This document shows positions 1-7,861 of a stretch of DNA of 64,000 nucleotides, in pieces. Within the stretch, counting starts at the first letter, position 1. Each line of letters begins with the position of its first letter. This DNA is from Hyalangium minutum (lineage in GTDB: Bacteria; Myxococcota; Myxococcia; Myxococcales; Myxococcaceae): the NCBI RefSeq assembly GCF_000737315.1, contig NZ_JMCB01000002.1, positions 496,001 to 560,000 of the forward strand, written 5' to 3'. The notes below the pieces were generated by a model. The model worked only from the letters and a program-made list of their open reading frames with translations. It ran no database searches and was not told where the DNA came from. Both the position numbers and the translations under genes were made by a program.

Positions 1-1
1 C

Positions 2-451
2 GGCGGACGGCTCTGGTTCCTCGGCGGCCTGGGCGTGATGCGCATCCCGAACACGAACCGTCTCGGCATTGATCTCGCCGGGATGCCGGAGATGTACCAG
101 ACCCACCGCGCCAACCACGAGACGCTGCGTGCCTCGTCGCTCGACTGGTCGATGCTCTGCCCGGGTCCGTTGATTGATTCGGCCGACAGGCCCGCCGTGG
201 ACACGCTGCGCATCAGCACCGAAGTCCTCCCCGTCGAGATCGACGTGAGTGATGCGCCGGACGATGCGCGGCTCTTCGCGCGGCTGCGCGAGCGGTTCCC
301 TGAGACCACCATCCCCTATGCAACAGCGGCCGAAGTGGTGATGCGCCACCTGGAAAAGAATGGCCCGTTCAACCGCCAGCGGGTGGGTATTGCCCTTCCG
401 GTGGGACATACCGCTGAGAAGCAGGGGTGGACGCTCGGCAAGCGAGGGTGA
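2..451 (+). CDS. NAD(P)-binding oxidoreductase (NAD(P)H-binding/epimerase-like), 5'-partial
   Basis: Frame open from the window edge (GGRLWFLGGLGVMRIP...DWSMLCPG), typical of the C-terminal half of atypical SDR/BVR-B-like proteins; stop at 449-451. Confidence 0.65.
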   Translation, partial: GGRLWFLGGLGVMRIPNTNRLGIDLAGMPEMYQTHRANHETLRASSLDWSMLCPGPLIDSADRPAVDTLRISTEVLPVEIDVSDAPDDARLFARLRERFPETTIPYATAAEVVMRHLEKNGPFNRQRVGIALPVGHTAEKQGWTLGKRG

Positions 452-466
452 GGTGCTAGGGAGCGC

Positions 467-613
467 TCAGAGGGGGCCGAGCCAAACGAGCGAGTGCTCC
501 TCAAGTGAGTCCCAACGCATTGAAGGCTGCGGCCTTGGGATCACCATTGCACCTGCCAGCGCTGCTTCTCTGTCCGCAGCATTCAGCAACCGGAAGAAGA
601 CCGTCTCACCCAT
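467..613 (-). pseudogene. Truncated N-terminus of a gene translationally coupled to fic; resembles the start of the second half of split PglX-like methyltransferases
   Basis: GGAGG RBS and ATG at 613 overlapping the fic stop; MGETVFFRLLNAADREAALAGA followed by nonsense-like sequence and an early stop; family resemblance from memory only. Confidence 0.35.
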
Positions 614-1787
614 CACCCACCTCCGAACCTGAAACCTGCGGCGTGCCCTGCGCTCCCGTTTCCATCCCGTGCTGCTCGAACAGCGCGAGGTACGGCTCAT
701 ACCGATACAGCCGGTTCCGCTTCTGCCCCGTTGTTTCCCGCAGCAATCCAGCCGCCACCAACTGTTCAATGGTGCTGGCCGCCGTCGCGAACGAGCACCT
801 CAGGTGCTGCTCCGCCGCGCGCACGGACATGAACGGCTTCTCGAAGAGGTAGTCCAGTAGCCGGATACCCAGCGCGTTGGCGGCGAGTTTCTGCCGTGCG
901 TCCTCTCGCAGGTGGAGAATGGAGCGCGCGGTGTTCGTCGCCGCGACACTCACTTCGGCAACACCTTTGAGGAAGAAGCGCAACCACCCCTCCCAGTCTC
1001 CCGCCGTTCGCACGGCCGTGAGCCGGTCGTAATACTCCGCGCGGTGGGCCTTGAGGTACACGCTGAGGTACAGCAGTGGACGTGCCAAGATGCGCTGCTC
1101 GCACAGCAACAGCGTGATCAACAAGCGCCCCACACGGCCGTTGCCGTCCAGGAACGGGTGGATGGTCTCGAACTGCGCGTGCGCCAGGCCGCACTGCACG
1201 AGCGGAGGCAAGCCCCGGCTGTCGTGCAGGAACTTCTCCAAGTTGCCAAGCGCCTCCTTCATTTCGTGAGGAGGTGGTGGCACGAAAGTGGCTGTCTGCA
1301 GGTTGCAACCTTGCGGGCCAATCCAGTTTTGCGAAGTGCGGAACTCCCCGGGGCTCCGCTCACTGCCGCGGACGCCCTCCATCAGCCTTCCATGGATCTC
1401 CCGCAGTAACCGCAGCGAGAGCGGCAAGGTCTTGAGCCGCTCCAGGCCATGGTTCATCGCCGCCACATAGTTGACGACTTCGCCCGCATCCTTGGCGATG
1501 CGAGGTCCCTTTGCGTCGATTTCGTACTGGAGGACATCCTCGAGCGTGCTCTGCGTACCCTCAATCTGCGAACTCAGGACCGCTTCATGCCGTACGTACA
1601 TCGCCACGAAGAGGTCCGGGTTGGGCAGAATGGAAGCGACCCCGTCCAGCCGTCCGAGCGCCCGGTCTGCCTCACTCATCAGGGCCGTCAACTCCCCCTC
1701 CATGCGCACAGGGGACGTAGGGGGCAAGGCGGCGGGAATGAACGCCCGGTATCCATGGAGTTGCTGTACGTATTGCCCTGCGCGCAT
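606..1787 (-). CDS. Fic family protein (Fic_N + Fic/DOC + C-terminal HTH)
   Basis: Canonical HPFLDGNGRVGR motif; SSQIEGT Fic_N motif; GGAGG RBS before ATG 1787. Confidence 0.93.
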   Translation of the reverse strand: MRAGQYVQQLHGYRAFIPAALPPTSPVRMEGELTALMSEADRALGRLDGVASILPNPDLFVAMYVRHEAVLSSQIEGTQSTLEDVLQYEIDAKGPRIAKDAGEVVNYVAAMNHGLERLKTLPLSLRLLREIHGRLMEGVRGSERSPGEFRTSQNWIGPQGCNLQTATFVPPPPHEMKEALGNLEKFLHDSRGLPPLVQCGLAHAQFETIHPFLDGNGRVGRLLITLLLCEQRILARPLLYLSVYLKAHRAEYYDRLTAVRTAGDWEGWLRFFLKGVAEVSVAATNTARSILHLREDARQKLAANALGIRLLDYLFEKPFMSVRAAEQHLRCSFATAASTIEQLVAAGLLRETTGQKRNRLYRYEPYLALFEQHGMETGAQGTPQVSGSEVGDG

Positions 1788-1981
1788 CGGATTGCGCCTC
1801 CTGCCTACTGAAGTAGCCCGAGATAATCCTGCGTAAGACGCGCGGTTATTGCAATCGACTGCCAGATCCTGAAATAAGGATCGTGTTCGCGATCCGGTAT
1901 TTCAACCTGCTTCCATAGCGGATTGCTCAGGGGCCGTGGATTTCGAGAGGCATACGCCGCCGTTTCCACCATGGCGGAATC

Positions 1982-2238
1982 GATGGCGCCGAGCGGCCCT
2001 CCCGGGCGCAGCAACTTCAAGCCCCGCTCGACAAGAGCCGCGCAGACGCCGTCTTCGTGCGCGGGTGCGAGCGCTCGAACGCCTGCTTGGCGGCAGTGCT
2101 GCCGGAACCAAAGAGGAGGGTTCATTAGCACCACGTCGTAGCGGTGCAAGGTGGTGGCTCTGCCTCGACGGCCTTCTGGGCGTACGCATCTAGCACTCGG
2201 AGGACATTGGCCTCGGCCTCCTCCCAGACGCGCCACTC
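1982..2238 (-). pseudogene. Eroded fragment of an N6-adenine DNA methyltransferase, BREX PglX/Eco57I-like
   Basis: RYDVVLMNPP motif IV. Correcting a +1 frameshift after NPP and a -1 about 20 codons later gives NPPFGSGSTAAKQAFERSHPRTK(N)xVxAAxVERGLKLLRPGGPLGAI. The upstream frame reads WEEAEANVLRVLDAYAQKA. No start codon; abuts the monooxygenase stop. Confidence 0.7.
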
Positions 2239-3855
2239 CTAGGCTCGGCCCTGGCTCTTGCTCATGTGGATGCCAGTCGAGGAAGGGAGGGGCAGCAGTG
2301 GCGTCAGGAACTGCTCCAGCGACGCAACATTTCCAGGCCGCGAGGCGTGCCCCACGTAGCCGTCCGGGCGCACCAGGATGAGCGCCTCCGTGCCCGGCGC
2401 CACGTCGTAGGCCCGGTGCGCATGTCCACCCGCGTCGAGCATGAGCGCCCCCTCGTTCGGAGCCGCTTCGGCATCCGGGGCGCTCCCCTGTGCGCGGAGG
2501 GTGACAGTGCGCACGGTGTCGCCGAAGAGTGAGGAGGCCCACTCAGGTACGTCCGCGTGCCTCGGCCCGAAGGCCAGCAGCGTCCAGTGGGGACCCTGGA
2601 AGGCGTCGAAGAGCCGGCAGGGATTGCCGCGCGCATCCGTGCACGGCGCATCCGGGGCCCGGTCTCCCGCGCGCACGCGGGCCGTGTCGCCCGGCAGCTC
2701 GGGAGCGAGCGGACCGCCGCGATAGTTCAATTGCAGTTGCCGTTCCTCCGAGCCCCGCCTCAGGGACTTCAGCCGGCTCTGGCTCATGCCCTCATAGAGC
2801 TTCAGGGACAGGCCGAGCACGTTCGCGGCAATGGGCAGCCGCTCCGCCTCGTAGGTGTTGAGCAGGGCGGGGTCCGCGCCCTGGAGGACATGGCCCAGTT
2901 TCCAGCCCAGGTTGTAGGCGTCCTGCACGCCGGTGTTGAGCCCCTGTCCTCCGGCGGGAGGGTGGACGTGCGCGGCGTCTCCCGCGATGAAGACGCGGCC
3001 CACGCGGTAGCGGTTCACCATGCGCACGTTGGGGCGGTACACGGACAGCCAGCTCGCGTCGTGCAGGCGCAGCGTGCGGCCAGGTCGCGCCGCATCTTGG
3101 AAGTGTTGATTCAGGGCGGCCTCGGTGAGTTCCGGCACGGTGCCGCCGGGCTTCACCTGGAGGACGAGCTGGAAGCGGTCCGTGCCAGGCAGGGGACACA
3201 GCGCCACCATGCCGCCCTTCGCGAAGGGCCACACGTGCCAGCGGGTGCGGTCCAGGCCGTCCACGCACACGTCGCCCACTACCATGCGCTCCTCCTCGCG
3301 CGTCTCGCCGTGCAGGGGCAGGCCCAGCACCTTGCGCACGCGGCTGTGTCCGCCATCCGCGCCCACCAGGTACTCCGCGCGAACGGTCTCCAGGGTGCTG
3401 TCGCGGGTGAGGGTGGCGGTGACGCCCGCGTCATCCTGGGTGAACCCGGTGAGCGCGGTGCCGAACTCCACGGCATGACCGAGCGAGGCCAGCCGGTCGC
3501 GCAGGATTCCCTCGGTACGTGCCTGCGGTACGAGCCAGGGGTTGGGATGGGGCACATCGGGCGTCGCGGTGTGCTGGGCCATCATTGTCCAGCGGCCCAC
3601 GACGAAGCGCCGCCAGTGGAAGCGGAGCCGGGGATAGGCGGTGCCCGCGTCTAGCACGGCGTCGAGCACGCCCAGGTCGTCCAGGATCTCCAGCGTGCGC
3701 GGCTGGAGCCCCTTGCCCCGAGAGCCGGCGAAGGGACCTGGGGCCGCGTCCACGACGCGCACGCGGATACCCCGGCGCGCGAGGTCGCACGCGAGCGTCA
3801 GGCCGGTGGGACCGGCGCCGATGACGAGCGCCGGAAGGGGGAGGGCATGGGACAT
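2239..3855 (-). CDS. FAD-dependent monooxygenase (aromatic-ring hydroxylase, FAD_binding_3)
   Basis: GAGPTG dinucleotide-binding motif, DG motif (GADGGHS), GDAAHVHPPAGGQGLNTG, C-terminal LVRPDGYV. Confidence 0.93.
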   Translation of the reverse strand: MSHALPLPALVIGAGPTGLTLACDLARRGIRVRVVDAAPGPFAGSRGKGLQPRTLEILDDLGVLDAVLDAGTAYPRLRFHWRRFVVGRWTMMAQHTATPDVPHPNPWLVPQARTEGILRDRLASLGHAVEFGTALTGFTQDDAGVTATLTRDSTLETVRAEYLVGADGGHSRVRKVLGLPLHGETREEERMVVGDVCVDGLDRTRWHVWPFAKGGMVALCPLPGTDRFQLVLQVKPGGTVPELTEAALNQHFQDAARPGRTLRLHDASWLSVYRPNVRMVNRYRVGRVFIAGDAAHVHPPAGGQGLNTGVQDAYNLGWKLGHVLQGADPALLNTYEAERLPIAANVLGLSLKLYEGMSQSRLKSLRRGSEERQLQLNYRGGPLAPELPGDTARVRAGDRAPDAPCTDARGNPCRLFDAFQGPHWTLLAFGPRHADVPEWASSLFGDTVRTVTLRAQGSAPDAEAAPNEGALMLDAGGHAHRAYDVAPGTEALILVRPDGYVGHASRPGNVASLEQFLTPLLPLPSSTGIHMSKSQGRA

Positions 3856-3905
3856 GGCGGTCTCCTGTCGCGGGGCGTTGGCGGCCCGGGAGCGACGGAG
3901 ACAAG

Positions 3906-3927
3906 AATGTAAGGAAGTGCTTATGTT
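3906..3927. promoter_or_regulatory. Candidate TetR operator in the divergent promoter
   Basis: Imperfect palindrome AATGTAAG-GAAGTG-CTTATGTT between the monooxygenase and tetR starts. Confidence 0.4.
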
Positions 3928-3959
3928 GTCAGCTTGCGTTCCTGCCCCAGGAGTTCAGC

Positions 3960-4556
3960 ATGCCGCGCGCGAAGCTTTCCCCTCGGAAAATGCCCTCGCA
4001 GGAGCGCTCGCGCGCGACGGTGGATGCGCTGGTGCAGGCGACTGCTGACATTCTCGTGCGCGACGGTTACGCGAAGCTGACGACGAACCGCATCGCGGAG
4101 CGGGCGGGCGTCAACGTGGCGTCGCTGTACCAGTTCTTCCCCGGCAAGGAAGCGCTGGTGGCGGAGGTGTCCCGCCGGCACGTGAAGGAGCAGCGCGAGG
4201 CCGCGCGGAAGGTGCTGGAGACCCGGACGTTCGACAGCCTGGAGGACCTCATCCGGACGCTGGTGGGGATGGGCTTCGCCGCGCACGCGGTGAACCCGAA
4301 GCTGCACCATGCCTTGACGGAGGAACTGCCCGCGCGTCGCGCCCGGAAGGTGGACCCGGAGGACGCGCTCCTGCTGGAGACCTTCCGCCGGTTCCGAGCC
4401 GACGTGCCGGACCCGGAATTGGCTCTGTGGCTCATCGACACGGTGTCCCACGCGGTCATCCACCGCGCGGTGGTGGAGCGCCCCGAGTCCCTGTCCCAGA
4501 GGCTCCTCCAGGAGGAACTGGTGACGCTCCTCCTGCGCTATGTGAAACGGAAGTAA
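3960..4556 (+). CDS. TetR/AcrR family regulator, divergent from the monooxygenase
   Basis: PRKMPSQERSRATV leader; HTH TTNRIAERAGVNVASLYQFFPGK. Confidence 0.92.
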   Translation: MPRAKLSPRKMPSQERSRATVDALVQATADILVRDGYAKLTTNRIAERAGVNVASLYQFFPGKEALVAEVSRRHVKEQREAARKVLETRTFDSLEDLIRTLVGMGFAAHAVNPKLHHALTEELPARRARKVDPEDALLLETFRRFRADVPDPELALWLIDTVSHAVIHRAVVERPESLSQRLLQEELVTLLLRYVKRK

Positions 4557-4569
4557 CCTGCGGTCCGAT

Positions 4570-4728
4570 ATGGCGCGAAATGACGAGGCATCCGTTCGGC
4601 TCGTGACCAACGAGAGCTATCTCGACGCAGCGCTGGCGCTCGTCGCGAAGGCCCGCCGTTCCATCGAGGCGAGCCTCTTGATCGACGATCGCAAGGTGGC
4701 CGCGGAGTTCACGCGAACCCGATCATGA
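4570..4728 (+). pseudogene. Possible internally deleted phospholipase D-like remnant
   Basis: 52-aa ORF VRLVTNESYLDAALALVAKARRSIEAS joined directly to LLIDDR; resembles a PLD N-terminal segment fused to the tail of an HKD motif. Confidence 0.3.
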
Positions 4729-4904
4729 GGCGTCCGCGAGCACCCGTGCCCGCTGCGCCAACACCTGGAGCACCTGTCTGTTCGTGGGGTGTGCTCTCGT
4801 GCCCATTCGGTGCTTTGACCAACGGTCACGCCGAAAACGGGTTGACCCTGCGGCATGCTTTTCGGAGCATGCGGACGGGGCCGGCTCGATTGGAGAGAAC
4901 ATCC

Positions 4905-5627
4905 ATGAAGCGTTCGTACCGTTTGGTCTTCGTCCTGCCCGTGCTCCTGGCCGTGGTGACTGCCTGCGAGCCTGAGCCCGGTCCCGCTCCCGCTCCTGTG
5001 CCCAATCCGGGCAATACCAACCCGGATCCGTCCACGGGCACCCCGCAGACCCGGACTTCTCCCTTCTCCCTCACGTCCTCGGCTCGGGATCCCGACACCA
5101 GCACGCCAGCGCCAGAGGAACCTGTGGACTGCACGGTCAATGGGTTGCTCAACACCAGTTCCGCGCTGGGCACCCTGGACTTCCGCTACGACGCCTTCGT
5201 TCTCACTGCTCAGAAGACCGGAAGGGTCGTCATCCAGGGCGATGTGCTCTCGGTCAACCCGAATGGCTACAAGTATGGCTACGCGTATCCGCTCAGCATG
5301 GCGACCATCGAGGACGGCGTCACCTTTACCGCCACTGGCGGCACCTTCTACCAAAACGCGCTCGAGACCGGGACGGCCATCACGGACTACCCGGTCATGG
5401 CAGGACGCCAGTACGTCCTCGTGTACAAGACCTTCGGCTCCTTCACGCCGCAGACGTACTGCCTCAAGCTGCCCTCCACGCTGAAGGTGGAAGGCCGCAT
5501 CTACACGCCGCCCACTCCGGTTCCCATTCCCGCGGACAGCGCGGGCCTCATCACCCTGGAGAACCCGCGCCCCGATGTGCTGGGCCGCGTTGTGCCCTGG
5601 CTGAATGAGCGGGTGAAGAGCAACTAG
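4905..5627 (+). CDS. Hypothetical lipoprotein
   Basis: GGAGAG RBS, MKR + hydrophobic stretch + lipobox VTAC, Pro-rich linker, beta-rich domain. Confidence 0.75.
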   Translation: MKRSYRLVFVLPVLLAVVTACEPEPGPAPAPVPNPGNTNPDPSTGTPQTRTSPFSLTSSARDPDTSTPAPEEPVDCTVNGLLNTSSALGTLDFRYDAFVLTAQKTGRVVIQGDVLSVNPNGYKYGYAYPLSMATIEDGVTFTATGGTFYQNALETGTAITDYPVMAGRQYVLVYKTFGSFTPQTYCLKLPSTLKVEGRIYTPPTPVPIPADSAGLITLENPRPDVLGRVVPWLNERVKSN

Positions 5628-5644
5628 CGCTCCCGCGGCCGGGG

Positions 5645-7552
5645 CTACGGGCCCGTGTAGATGCCGATGGAGCCGGGTGTGGTGGCGTCGCCCTGGAACG
5701 CGACGAGGATTCGCCGCGTGCTCCCTGAGCGGTCCACCTGAATGTCCGGCACGCGGAGGCCGAGGACCTCGTTGGGAAGCAGACCGCTGGCGTGCCACTC
5801 CACCGTGTTGCCGCGCACACGGCTCAGGCCGCCGCCCTGGGCCGTGCCCGCCCACACGCTGTTGTCGAGCGGATCCACCGCCACGGACGCCACGTTCCCG
5901 CGTCCATCCGCGAGCTCCGTCGAGAGCGTGCGCAGCACCTGGCCGCTGGGGCTGAGCTGGGCCAGACCCCGGAGGAAGCTCCCCACCCAGACGGTCTCGT
6001 CGCTCATCACCGCCATGCCGGACACCGTGTCATCCACGCGCTGCTCGCGGGTGGGCCAGGTGGGCTCGGCCACGGCGTCGGGCCAGATGTCGATGCGGTT
6101 CCACGTGTACTCGCTGCCCTCGCTCTCCACCTGGGCCTGCCAGTAGTCGTGGCCGTGGGTGCCGTACCGGAACCGGGTGGAGCGGTTGGCGCCGCCGAAC
6201 CATACGTCCCCGTTCGCGGCCACCGACACGCCGTAGTACGCGTCGGTGAGGAGCACGACGTTGCTCTGGTCGTGGTTCCACGCGTTGATGGCTGGGTGCA
6301 CGTGCTCCATCACCCCGGCGCAGCCATAGTTCCAGGTGCCTGGCGCGCAGCTGTAGCCGGGGAAGTCCGCGCTGCCCCACCCAAAGCCGTGGTTGGCTCC
6401 GAACCAGACGCTGTTTGTCTGGGCGTCGTACACGATGCGCCAGATGCTGCAGAGCTTCTCCCGGCCGCGCGGCTCGTTGGGCACCCAGTTGGGACCCGTG
6501 GACACGTCATAGTGCGCCACCTGGATGCCCGTGGCCGTGAGCGTCACCCGATCCGCATCTCCGCTCTTGTAGATGCTCGCGTCCGGGATGCGGCCTGCGT
6601 CGTAGCCCTGGTCCCACTCGTTCTCGCAGGTGGGCATCCCCGGGGCGGGTGGCTTGCCCTCGTAGCCCACGAAGACGGTCCCTGCTGGGCCTCCGGCCAC
6701 GGAGATGACCTTCAGGTACGGCGCGCCCGGAGGCGCGCCCCCGTCAGACATGTAGCCGTAGGGCCTCAGACCGTCCTCCATCGTGAAGCGGCGGAACTGC
6801 GTCTGGCCCAGCTCGAGCACGTAGAGCCCGTCTTCACCGCCCGCGACCCAGATGTTGCCGCCCGCGTCGGTGCTCACCCCGTACACGTACCGAGGCCCGC
6901 CCTGGGCCATGCCATAGAAGGTCCAGTCCGCGCTGGAGGGCGGCGGGGGCGTGGGCGTGCTCGCCTCCGTGGTCACCACGAGCTGGGGCCGCATGGCCGC
7001 TACGGAGGTGTTGCGCGAGTAGAACACGGTGCCATCGATGCCGGTGGGCAGCACCGCGAAGCTCACCGTGCCGTTGCCCTGCACCGCAGCCGTCACCTCC
7101 CACTCCACCCAGGTGTTCGCCGCCACCGCTCCCGTGCTCGCCACGAAGGCCTGCGGCGAGGGCCTCGACTGGAACGTCACCATGCCCTCTTGCCACTCCG
7201 GGTCCGTGGTGTGGACGGAGGGCCCGTTCACGGTGGCATCCGTCGCGTACAGGCGGAGCTTCGCCCGAATCACGTTGCCACTCAGTCCGTTCACGTCGAA
7301 GCGCAGGAAGGTCTCGTACTGCGGATCCCCATCCACGCGCAGCGTGCTGGAACTCCCAAAGTTCTGGGTGGGCGACGGGGCTTCCACCCGCGTGTCCGCG
7401 ACGGCTGGGAACGTCCGTGACTCCTCCAGCACCGGCTGCTCCTGTGTGAGGAGGGGAGCTGGAGCCTCCAGGCGGCCCTCCGCGCAGTGCACGAACACAC
7501 CTACCGCAGCGACACTTACCGCCCACCTGACTCCCCGTTCCCACCTACCCAA
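5645..7552 (-). CDS. Secreted/lipoprotein with CBM96 (DNRLRE-like) domain and C-terminal beta-propeller
   Basis: ADTRV...NFG...FLRFDV...AKLRLY pattern of DNRLRE/CBM96; PTPPPP linker; repeated GxIWV/VWFG/VWVG propeller blades; start codon uncertain (TTG). Confidence 0.75.
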   Translation of the reverse strand: MGRWERGVRWAVSVAAVGVFVHCAEGRLEAPAPLLTQEQPVLEESRTFPAVADTRVEAPSPTQNFGSSSTLRVDGDPQYETFLRFDVNGLSGNVIRAKLRLYATDATVNGPSVHTTDPEWQEGMVTFQSRPSPQAFVASTGAVAANTWVEWEVTAAVQGNGTVSFAVLPTGIDGTVFYSRNTSVAAMRPQLVVTTEASTPTPPPPSSADWTFYGMAQGGPRYVYGVSTDAGGNIWVAGGEDGLYVLELGQTQFRRFTMEDGLRPYGYMSDGGAPPGAPYLKVISVAGGPAGTVFVGYEGKPPAPGMPTCENEWDQGYDAGRIPDASIYKSGDADRVTLTATGIQVAHYDVSTGPNWVPNEPRGREKLCSIWRIVYDAQTNSVWFGANHGFGWGSADFPGYSCAPGTWNYGCAGVMEHVHPAINAWNHDQSNVVLLTDAYYGVSVAANGDVWFGGANRSTRFRYGTHGHDYWQAQVESEGSEYTWNRIDIWPDAVAEPTWPTREQRVDDTVSGMAVMSDETVWVGSFLRGLAQLSPSGQVLRTLSTELADGRGNVASVAVDPLDNSVWAGTAQGGGLSRVRGNTVEWHASGLLPNEVLGLRVPDIQVDRSGSTRRILVAFQGDATTPGSIGIYTGP

Positions 7553-7861
7553 GGCCTACCCCCTGTGTCCCAAGCAACGCGAGCTTGGGTGGAATAGGGC
7601 GCACCCCTTCACGCGGGGACTGCGTGATCAGGGATCTGGTCCAGCGATGGACATCCGCCAGCACGCGGAGCCGGGCGGACGTTGGGCAGGGGGCAGTGCG
7701 CTGCTTCGAGCGGAGCGGAGGTCCTACACTCACGTTGTGGGTGGGGCACTGCGTTGGGAGTACGCTGAGGGCAGTGGCTGATGTCGCGCGGCGTGCGGCC
7801 CGTGGGCTGACAGTGTGCCGAGCACCCTTCACGGCTGGGCTTCACCTGGCAGTGCGCCTGA

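Noticed and set aside
1805-2542. 245-aa ORF as a functional methyltransferase
   Set aside because: Its first third is an alternative frame of the monooxygenase gene, and the motif-bearing part is frameshifted and short. Called a pseudogene fragment.
7553-7861. Possible small gene or ncRNA between the CBM96 gene and ligD; partial direct repeat GCACCC(C)TTCACG at about 7600 and 7821
   Set aside because: No RBS or recognisable protein, the repeats are short and imperfect, and no convincing RNA fold was seen by eye.
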